Source: Candidatus Eiseniibacteriota bacterium (GTDB lineage Bacteria; Eisenbacteria; RBG-16-71-46). Taken from it: a stretch of 64,000 nucleotides of DNA. Each line of letters starts with the position of its first letter. The first letter of the stretch is position 1. Below the pieces are notes generated by a model. It searched no databases, was not told where the DNA came from, and saw only the letters and a program-made list of their open reading frames with translations. Made by a program: the position numbers and the translations under genes. The stretch is taken from the NCBI GenBank assembly GCA_963725865.1, contig CAVSAC010000012.1, positions 864,001 to 928,000 of the forward strand. Direction: 5' to 3'. Positions 54,207-64,000 of this stretch are shown here, piece by piece.

Positions 54207-56000
54207 TCACTGCGAGCCGCCGGCGGCGCCGAGCTCGGCGAGCCGCGCCTGCGCCTTCTGGCGGATGTAGTCGAGGGCGGGCTTCAACTCGGCCGGGAGC
54301 TGGCCTCCCATCAGGTCGAGACGGCCGAGGAACTGCTGGACCTGCGCCGGGTCCTTGGCGGCCTGCAGGCGCTGGAGCAGCTGCTTCGCCAGCAACTGGG
54401 CCTCGGGCGGCAGCGCGGCGAGCGCCGGGTCGGCGGGGGCGCCGGCCTTGCGGCTCCACAGCGCGACCGCGCGGTTCTCGCGCTGGAAGTAGGTCCGCGC
54501 CACGCGCTGGACGTCGTCCGCCGTCACCGCCTGCACCGCGGCGTCGAGTCGATCGGCGTCCTGCCAGGTGCCGCGGCCCTCGGCGACGCCGTAGCGGATG
54601 AGCAGCTGGAAGTTCGACGTCAGCTGCCGGTACGTCGAGGTCAAGTAGCGGTTCTTCGCGCTCTGCAGCTCCTCCGCGGCCACCGGCGTCTGCTGGAGCC
54701 GGTCGAGCTCGGCCTCCACCGCGCGCTCCAGCTCCTCGGGCGCGTGGCCCTCGGCGGCCTCCGCGTCGACCTGGAAGAAGCCTTCGTACTTGCGCGGGTC
54801 GTGGCTGCCGCTGGCGCTGGTGGCGATCCGGCTGCCCTGCACCAGCGCGCGCTGCAGCCGCCCGGTCGGGCCGTTGAGCAGCGTCTCCAGCAGGTCGAGT
54901 GCCGGCTCGTCGCGATGCGCGAACGCCACCGTGTGCCACCGCACGGTCACCGCCGGGTTGGTCTCGGCCTCGGCGTAGAAGCGCTTCTCGGCGCGCTGCG
55001 GCGTCTCCATGGTGATCATCTCGGGCGCCGACCGCGCGCCGCGCGGGATCGCTCCGAGGTAGCGCTCGGCGAGGGCCAGCGCCTGCTTGGGATCGAAGTC
55101 CCCGACCAGCAGCGCGGCCAGGTTCTGCGGCGCGTAGTAGAGGGCGTAGTAGTCGTCGGCCTGCGCCTTGGTGATGAACGGCAAGTCGCTCGGCCAGCCG
55201 ACCACCGGCCAGCCGTAGGGGCTCGACTCCCAGAACAGCGCGTCGAACGACTCCTCGAACTTGCCGGTCGGCGTGGACTCGGTCCGCAGGCGCCGCTCCT
55301 CGTACACCACGTCGCGCTCGGAGTAGAACTCGCGGAACACCGGGTTGCGCAGGCGGTCCGCCTCCATCCAGAACCAGAGCTCGAGCTTGTTCGCGGGGAC
55401 CGCCTCGAAGTAGAAGGTTTGGTCCTCGTTCGTGAACGCGTTGATCATCGTCGCCCCGTTGCGCTGGAGGACGTTGTCGAACTCGTTCTTGATCATGTTC
55501 TCGCGTTGTTCCTTCACCAGCGTGTCGAAGCTCTGCTCGAGCTCGCGGTAGCGCGCGGTCTTCGACTCGGGCCGGCTGATGTCGTCGATCTCGCCACGGC
55601 GCAGGCGGGCGCGCTGGGCGGAGAGCTCGGCCCGCATCAGGGTCTGCAGGGACTCCTGGGCGGCGATCAGGCGCAGATCCTGCTCGATGTCGCGGGTGCC
55701 GATGGTGCGCGTCCCCTTGAACATCATGTGCTCGAACAGGTGCGAGATCCCGGTGATGCCGGGGCGCTCGTTCGCGGAGCCGACGTGGGCCACCCAGCCG
55801 CCGGCGACGGTGGGCGAGAGGTGGCGCGGGATCAGCACCAGCTTCATGCCGTTCGAGAGGACGTGCTCCTCGGCGGCGATCGCGGGGCGCGCGGCCGCCG
55901 CCGGTGGACGGGCGGGCGCCGCGTGCACGAGGCACGCGCCCGCGAGGGCGGCTCCGATGGCCAGCGCCGCCCAGGCGGGGCGCGCGGTGCGGAGGCTCAT
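54207..56000 (-). CDS. M16 family zinc peptidase, active subunit (exported)
   Basis: Signal peptide; SHLFEHMMFKG, NAFTN, ERDVVYEERR; GGAG RBS before ATG 56000. Confidence 0.9.
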   Translation of the reverse strand: MSLRTARPAWAALAIGAALAGACLVHAAPARPPAAAARPAIAAEEHVLSNGMKLVLIPRHLSPTVAGGWVAHVGSANERPGITGISHLFEHMMFKGTRTIGTRDIEQDLRLIAAQESLQTLMRAELSAQRARLRRGEIDDISRPESKTARYRELEQSFDTLVKEQRENMIKNEFDNVLQRNGATMINAFTNEDQTFYFEAVPANKLELWFWMEADRLRNPVFREFYSERDVVYEERRLRTESTPTGKFEESFDALFWESSPYGWPVVGWPSDLPFITKAQADDYYALYYAPQNLAALLVGDFDPKQALALAERYLGAIPRGARSAPEMITMETPQRAEKRFYAEAETNPAVTVRWHTVAFAHRDEPALDLLETLLNGPTGRLQRALVQGSRIATSASGSHDPRKYEGFFQVDAEAAEGHAPEELERAVEAELDRLQQTPVAAEELQSAKNRYLTSTYRQLTSNFQLLIRYGVAEGRGTWQDADRLDAAVQAVTADDVQRVARTYFQRENRAVALWSRKAGAPADPALAALPPEAQLLAKQLLQRLQAAKDPAQVQQFLGRLDLMGGQLPAELKPALDYIRQKAQARLAELGAAGGSQ

Positions 56001-56143
56001 GAGGTTCTCCTGGAGGTGGGCGGGACGAGTCGACCGGGAGGTCCGGGTCACACGGACGAGGAGCCAAGCGGAAGTGCGCGCGCGCGTCAAGGCGACGCCC
56101 CGCCGGCGGACTGGCGGGGCGTCGGGACCGCGGCGGGGCGCGG

Positions 56144-58549
<2,406 letters not shown>

Positions 58550-58825
58550 CGGCTGCTCCTCAATGTGCGTGATGGCTTCCGGCGCTTGGCACCGAAGGAC
58601 CTGCCGGCAGGGCAGCCGCAAGATGCTCAGTGGGATGCGGCCCGGCCGACGAGGGAAGAACTCCACGGCCGGTGGGCCCGACCGTGAAGGACGCGGGAGG
58701 ATAGCCGAGTCCGGAACGATCGTTCAAGAGGTTTCATGCCGCTTTCACGGTGTGGCGCGGTGGGTTGCAGCGCCGTGGCCCGACCCCCAGGATGGCGCCG
58801 TCCACCCCATCGGAGGAACTCCGCC

Positions 58826-59323
58826 ATGCTCGTGCCCAGTCGCTCCCGCAGCCTGAGCGCCGCGCTCGTCCTCGTCGCCGCGCTCGTCCCCGGTCTCCGG
58901 CCGGCCCTCGCGGGACCGCCGCCGGCCCGCGCAATCGGGCGGGCGCAGACCGCGATCCGCGCGGTGCTCGCCGCGCAGGTGGAGGCGTGGAACCGCGGCG
59001 ACCTCGAAGCCTTCATGACCGGCTACTGGCGCGACGACTCGCTCACGTTCTACAGCGGCGGCGACGTCTCCCACGGCTGGCAGCCGACGCTCGAGCGTTA
59101 CCGGCGCCGCTACCAGGGCGAGGGGAAGGAGATGGGCACCCTGGTGTTCGAGCTCCACGACGTGCAGGTGCTCGCGACCGACGTCGCGGTCGTGAAGGGC
59201 GGCTGGGCGCTGACGCTGAAGGACGGCGCGCCGCGCGGACTGTTCACGCTGATCCTGCGCGACGTCCCGCACGCCGGCTGGCGGATCGTGCACGACCACA
59301 GCAGCGTGGCGGCGACGCCGTAG
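58826..59323 (+). CDS. NTF2-like (DUF4440/YybH) exported protein
   Basis: Signal peptide; AWNRGDLEAFMTGYW..GWRIVHDHSS; GGAGG RBS. Confidence 0.85.
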   Translation: MLVPSRSRSLSAALVLVAALVPGLRPALAGPPPARAIGRAQTAIRAVLAAQVEAWNRGDLEAFMTGYWRDDSLTFYSGGDVSHGWQPTLERYRRRYQGEGKEMGTLVFELHDVQVLATDVAVVKGGWALTLKDGAPRGLFTLILRDVPHAGWRIVHDHSSVAATP

Positions 59324-59335
59324 CGCCGCGGCGGG

Positions 59336-61885
59336 TCAGACCCGCCGCGCGACCAGCAGCGTGATGTCGTCGGCCGGGCCGGATTGGCCCTCGTACGCGC
59401 GCACCTCGTGGACGATCGCCCGCACCAGATCCGCGCAGGGCTCCGCCGCGCGCGAGCGCAGCGCCGCCAGCAGGCGCTCCTCGCCCCACAGCTCGCCGCG
59501 CGCGTCGGCGCCCTCGGTGACGCCGTCGGTGTAGAGCGCGACCAGGTCGCCGGGGGCGAGCGTCGCCTCGCCACTCTCGAACACGCTGCCGGGCAGGATG
59601 CCGAGGATGAGCCCGCCCGTGGAGAGCATCTCGTGCGAGCCGTCGCGCCGCAGCAGCACCGGCGGATTGTGGCCCGCGTTCGCGTACACCAGCCGCCCGT
59701 CGCGCCCGTCGAGGAACGCCACGAACGCGGTCACGAACTTGCCGGGCTCGACGCTGCGGTGCAGGAACTCGTTGAGTCGCCCGGCCAGCACGTCGGGGGT
59801 GGAGCGCGCGCTGTCCTGACTCATCAGCGAGGCGCGGAAGCCCGACATCAGCAGCGCCGCGCCGACCCCCTTGCCCGAGACGTCGGCCACCACCAGCATC
59901 ACGCGCCCGTCGCCGAGCGGGATGTGGTCGAAGTAGTCGCCGCCGACCTCGCGCGCCGGCTCGCTGAGCCCCGCGATCTCGAGCCCCTGGATCGCCGGCG
60001 GGCCGGCCGGCAGCAGCCGCGCCTGGATGCGCCGCGCCAGCGCCAGCTCGCTCTCGAGCCGCTCGGCCTCCTTCTCCAGCGCGCGCGCGCGCTCGAGGCC
60101 GGCACTGGCCTGGTTGAAGGTGTCGGCGACGTCCCACAGGTCGTCGTCGCCCTTCAACGCGATGCGATGCGCGAGGTCGCCGGACTCCAGCCGCCGCGCG
60201 CCGACCTTGAGCGCCTGGATCGCGGCGGTGATGCTGCGGCCCATGCCGGTCACCATCACCACATCGAACGCCACCACGAGCAGCGCGCTGACCGCGAGGA
60301 CCAGCACGATGACCAGCGGCACGGTGCTCAGCGGATCGCTGCGGGTGTTGTGGTAGAGCCCGGCGAGCACCTCGGTGGGGTGGGGATCGGCGGACAGCAG
60401 CCACCGCTGCTGCCGCCAGCCATGCGGCGTGGACGCGAGCCCCTCGACCATCGCGTGCCCCTGGAGCAGGAACGGCAGGTCGCCGCCGCCGTGCGGCTTC
60501 GCCGCGTCGAAGCGCTGCTCTCCGAACGTCAGGCGAGCCCCGCTGCCCCGCGAGGCGCCGAGCTTCACGGCGGAGTCGGCAAGCCCGACCCGCCGCAACG
60601 CCCGGCGCGCGCGTTCCAGTCGGGCCGAGTCCGCGGGCGAGAGGACCTCCGAGCCGGTCCGCGCCGCGCGCCCGCGCGCGAGCGAGTCGAGCGCCGCGGG
60701 GGCGTGCTCGAGCGCCGCGTCGTCGGCACCCACGCGCACCGCGCCGCCGGCACCGGACGCCACGCCCTGGACCACGCTCAGGCGTGAGCCGGCGATGCGC
60801 GCGGGTTCGCGCGCGAGCACCGAGTCGACGGGGGCGAGCGCCACCGCGGCGAGGCCGGGGTCGTCGGGGGCGCGCACCGCAGCCCCCAGGAAGCCGTCCT
60901 CGTCCAGGATCACGACACCGCTGGCGCGCAGCGTGTCCAATCCGGCGGCCCACGCGGCGAGCGCGCCCTCGGAGCCCAGCGAGTCGCCGCCCAGGCGCTC
61001 GAGCTGCGCGCCGCGCACCCGCCACACGCGCAGTCGCGGCCAACGGTCGACGCTCGCGCGCGCGAGCCTGCGCAACGCCGCGTCGCTGGTGGTGGGGTGC
61101 GCGAGCGCGCCGCGCAGCGCGCTCTCCAGCTGGCGGCCCTCGGAGTCCAGCGCGCGCGCGCCGACCAGCGCTCGCTCGCTGGCCACGCCGAGCAGCGTGG
61201 TGAACATCCACAGCGCGCCGAGCAGCACCAGCGGGACCGTCACGACCAGCACGTGCGAGAGCGCGAGCCGGCGTCCGACCGTGCGGATGCCGAGGGTCGG
61301 ATCGCGCAGGAACGCGGCGAACAGCGCGTCGGCGGCGAACAGGGCGTGGACCAGCGCCACGCCGCGCACCCAGCGCGCGAAGGTCGCCAGCGCGGCGAGC
61401 GAGGACGCGTCGCCGGCCGCGGGCGCGCGGCCGAGTCCCCAGCCGAGCATCACGACGAGCGCCAGCGCGCCGAGTCCGAGCCGGAACAGCCGCAGCGTAG
61501 GCATTCCGGTGCGCCACCGGTAGGCGAGTGCCGCGACCACCACGAAGAAGCCGATCGCGCCGGGGGCCGCGCGGCTGAGCGCGAGGATCAGCGCGATCAG
61601 CGCGAACGGCGCGCGCACGATCAGGTCGCGGCGGCGCGGCGCGATCAGGGTCAGCCGCGCGAGCGCGCCCCAGGTGAGGAGCCCGGCGAGCGCAGCCACC
61701 CCGATCGCGAGCGGCCGCAGCCCAGGGCTCGCGTTGGCGACCGCCAGCGCTGCGGTCAACCCGATGGCTCCCAGGGCGAACGCGGCGAGCAGCCGCCCGA
61801 TCGCGGGCGGGCCGCCGCGCAGGCCGGCGAACACCGCCCACAGGGCGATCCCGATCGCGGCGGCGACCAGCAGGGGGGCGACCAT
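59336..61885 (-). CDS. Membrane-bound HAMP - SpoIIE/RsbU-type PP2C phosphatase
   Basis: Many N-terminal TM segments; HAMP (GDL..RI..DDDL..VADTFN); VGGDYFD, ADVSGKG, NAGHNPP, YTDGVTE, DDIT. Confidence 0.88.
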   Translation of the reverse strand: MVAPLLVAAAIGIALWAVFAGLRGGPPAIGRLLAAFALGAIGLTAALAVANASPGLRPLAIGVAALAGLLTWGALARLTLIAPRRRDLIVRAPFALIALILALSRAAPGAIGFFVVVAALAYRWRTGMPTLRLFRLGLGALALVVMLGWGLGRAPAAGDASSLAALATFARWVRGVALVHALFAADALFAAFLRDPTLGIRTVGRRLALSHVLVVTVPLVLLGALWMFTTLLGVASERALVGARALDSEGRQLESALRGALAHPTTSDAALRRLARASVDRWPRLRVWRVRGAQLERLGGDSLGSEGALAAWAAGLDTLRASGVVILDEDGFLGAAVRAPDDPGLAAVALAPVDSVLAREPARIAGSRLSVVQGVASGAGGAVRVGADDAALEHAPAALDSLARGRAARTGSEVLSPADSARLERARRALRRVGLADSAVKLGASRGSGARLTFGEQRFDAAKPHGGGDLPFLLQGHAMVEGLASTPHGWRQQRWLLSADPHPTEVLAGLYHNTRSDPLSTVPLVIVLVLAVSALLVVAFDVVMVTGMGRSITAAIQALKVGARRLESGDLAHRIALKGDDDLWDVADTFNQASAGLERARALEKEAERLESELALARRIQARLLPAGPPAIQGLEIAGLSEPAREVGGDYFDHIPLGDGRVMLVVADVSGKGVGAALLMSGFRASLMSQDSARSTPDVLAGRLNEFLHRSVEPGKFVTAFVAFLDGRDGRLVYANAGHNPPVLLRRDGSHEMLSTGGLILGILPGSVFESGEATLAPGDLVALYTDGVTEGADARGELWGEERLLAALRSRAAEPCADLVRAIVHEVRAYEGQSGPADDITLLVARRV

Positions 61886-62062
61886 GCGCGCACTCTAGCG
61901 CAGCCCGGCGGCGGCCCGGAAGCCTCGCCGCGCTCAACCGAGGACCCCCGCCGGCCGATAACCCGGGTGCCACGGTCGCGGCCCGCGACCTTCATCGCGA
62001 CCTCGCTGCAACCCCCTCGCGCGCGCGGCGCACTGCCGCGCGTCGCCGAAAGGACCACGGCC

Positions 62063-62545
62063 ATGAACCTCGGTCGATCGTCCCCGCTCCACCGTGTCCG
62101 CACCCTCCTCCCGCCGCTCCTCGGCGCGCTCGCCCTGCTCGCGGCGGCGCCCGCGCTCGCCCGCGCGGCGGCGCCGATGTGGAGCGGACTCCATCCGGTC
62201 ACCTGGTCGCCGGCCCGGCTCGCCACGCCGCCGGTCGCCGCGGCGATGCGGGTGGCGATCGACCCCGAGACCGGCCGGCTCGGACTGCCCTCGGCCGAGC
62301 AGCTCGAACGGCTGCGCGCGGCGCAGCCCTCCTCGGCGACCTCGCTGCCGCCCGCGCTGGTCGAGCGCCGGATGCCCGACGGCTCGTACATGGTCGACCT
62401 GCGCGACCAGTTCATGTCCGACTTCGTGGTGGTGATGGGCGCCGACGGACGGCTGCGCGTCGCCTGCACCGACGAGGCGCGCGCGCACGATCTCGTGCGC
62501 ACTCCGCCCGCGAGCCCCGCCTCCGCGGCGTGGCCGGAGGAGTGA
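62063..62545 (+). CDS. Exported hypothetical protein preceding a PA-domain protease
   Basis: AAGGA RBS; signal peptide; MRVAIDPETGRL...DGSYMVDL...GADGRL..C. Confidence 0.7.
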   Translation: MNLGRSSPLHRVRTLLPPLLGALALLAAAPALARAAAPMWSGLHPVTWSPARLATPPVAAAMRVAIDPETGRLGLPSAEQLERLRAAQPSSATSLPPALVERRMPDGSYMVDLRDQFMSDFVVVMGADGRLRVACTDEARAHDLVRTPPASPASAAWPEE

Positions 62546-62549
62546 CGCC

Positions 62550-64000
62550 ATGCGCACCTCGATGCGATCCCTCGCGCTGATCCTGCTCGCGCTCGCGGCA
62601 CTCGCCGCCCTGCCGCACCGCGGCGCCGCCGCGACCATCACGATCGTCAACGCCGACACCTCGGGGGAGGGCTTCAACGACCCGACCGCGGCCGCCCCGG
62701 TGGGCGGCAATCCCGGCACCACGATCGGCCAGCAGCGGCTCAACGTGTTCCAGCACGCGGCCGACGTGTGGGGCGCGATCCTGCCGAGCACGATCCAGAT
62801 CCGCGTGCTCGCGAGCTTCGACCCGCTCAGCTGCAACGCGACCAGCGCGGTGCTCGGCAGCGCCGGCACGCGCACCGTCCACCGCGACTTCACGAACGCG
62901 GAGTTCGCCACCACCTGGTATCCGCAGGCACTCGCGAACAAGGAGGCCGGCACCGACCTGGCCGCGACCACAGACGACATCCGCGCCCAGTTCAACCGCA
63001 ACGTCGGCAACACCGGCTGCCTGACCGGGATCACCTGGTACTACGGCTTCGACAACAACGAGGGTGCCAGCCAGGTCGACCTGTTGCCGGTGGTGATCCA
63101 CGAGCTGGGGCACGGGCTCGGCTTCGCCACGTTCGTCACGCTGTCGACCGGGGCGCAGTTCAGCGGCTTCCCCGACGTGTTCGAGCGGTTCCTGGTCGAC
63201 GACGCGACCGGCAAGCGCTGGACCGCGATGACCGACGGCGAGCGCGCCGCGTCGGCGATCAATGGGCCGCACGTGGTGTGGGACGGCACCGCGGCCACGT
63301 TCATGGCGCCGCTGATCCTGTCGCCGCGGCCGGTGATGAACGTCACCGCCCCGGCCGGCATCGCGGGCAGCTATCCGATCGGCCAGGCGTCGTTCGGCGC
63401 GCCGCTCACCACCACGGCGGTGAGCGGCACCGTCGTGCTGGCCGACGACGGCGCGGCGCCCGGCAGCGACGCGTGCACCGCGCTCGTGAACGGCGGGGCG
63501 ATGAACGGCCACATCGCGCTCATCGACCGCGGCGTGTGCGGCTTCGCGGTCAAGGCGAAGAACGCCCAGAACGCGGGCGCGATCGCGGTGATCATCGCCG
63601 ACAACGTGGCGGCGAGCACGCCGCCCGGACTCGGGGGCAGCGACCCGACCGTGACCATTCCGACCGTGAGTGTGACGCTGGCGGTCGGCAACACGCTCAA
63701 GGCGAACCTCGCGGGCGGCGTGAGCGTGTCGCTGCTGCTCGATCCGGCGCAGCTCGCCGGCGCCAACGCCGCGCACCATCCGCTGATGTACGCGCCCAAT
63801 CCGCTCCAGCTCGGCTCATCGATCTCGCACTGGGACGTCTCGGCGACCCCGAACCTGCTGATGGAGCCGGCCATCAACCCGGACCTCACGACCAACGTCG
63901 ACCTCACGCGCTACGCGTTCGAGGACATCGGCTGGCTGCCGCGCACCACGTCGGTGCCGGCGGTGGCCGGCGGCGGAGCGGCGCTCGCGACCGGCATGCC
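62550..64000 (+). CDS. Secreted zinc metalloprotease with PA domain (3' end outside window)
   Basis: Read directly (absent from the ORF track because no stop falls in the window): signal peptide, HELGHGLGF (HExxH), PA domain IALIDRGVCGFAVKAKNAQNAGA, GSSISHWD, NLLMEP. Confidence 0.87.
   Translation, partial: MRTSMRSLALILLALAALAALPHRGAAATITIVNADTSGEGFNDPTAAAPVGGNPGTTIGQQRLNVFQHAADVWGAILPSTIQIRVLASFDPLSCNATSAVLGSAGTRTVHRDFTNAEFATTWYPQALANKEAGTDLAATTDDIRAQFNRNVGNTGCLTGITWYYGFDNNEGASQVDLLPVVIHELGHGLGFATFVTLSTGAQFSGFPDVFERFLVDDATGKRWTAMTDGERAASAINGPHVVWDGTAATFMAPLILSPRPVMNVTAPAGIAGSYPIGQASFGAPLTTTAVSGTVVLADDGAAPGSDACTALVNGGAMNGHIALIDRGVCGFAVKAKNAQNAGAIAVIIADNVAASTPPGLGGSDPTVTIPTVSVTLAVGNTLKANLAGGVSVSLLLDPAQLAGANAAHHPLMYAPNPLQLGSSISHWDVSATPNLLMEPAINPDLTTNVDLTRYAFEDIGWLPRTTSVPAVAGGGAALATGM

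Noticed and set aside
58753..58769. Sigma54-like TGGCGCGGTGGGTTGCA upstream of the NTF2 gene
   Set aside because: GG-to-GC spacing is 11 nt rather than the strict 10

Overview
Very GC-rich bacterial chromosome segment from a diderm (Kdo/LPS genes). The gene mix (Bacillus-type di-haem sdhCAB, rpoN-hpf-hprK-mannose-family PTS, secreted PA-domain zinc protease) suggests an FCB-related lineage such as Ca. Eisenbacteria; this is inference only. Most of the window is core genome: uvrA (partial), rtcB, sdhCAB (sdhA carries a 1-nt frameshift), pheA, radical SAM-rng, amt, rplU-rpmA, mdh, kdsB/pyrG/kdsA/kdsC/kdsD, lptC-lptB-rpoN-hpf-hprK-PTS-pgi/pmi, two M16 protease pairs, ahcY and hppA. The most notable locus is 43.2-51.0 kb. 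It encodes a ~1,690-aa Ser/Thr kinase-NTPase-helical repeat-GAF-sigma54 activator. Directly downstream lie an array of 16-bp palindromes (candidate enhancer), a near-consensus sigma54 -24/-12 promoter, and a translationally coupled operon for a small secreted protein, a catalytically degenerate stand-alone sigma54-activator AAA+ domain and an orphan histidine kinase. Other points: a lipoprotein NirK with a fused C-terminal cytochrome c inserted in the kdsD-lptC cluster, a VapC-like PIN protein missing most catalytic acidic residues, several apparently leaderless genes, and stacked promoter-like motifs upstream of lptC-lptB-rpoN. No rRNA, tRNA, CRISPR array or transposase was recognised. All family assignments come from motif recognition by eye; no database searches were run.
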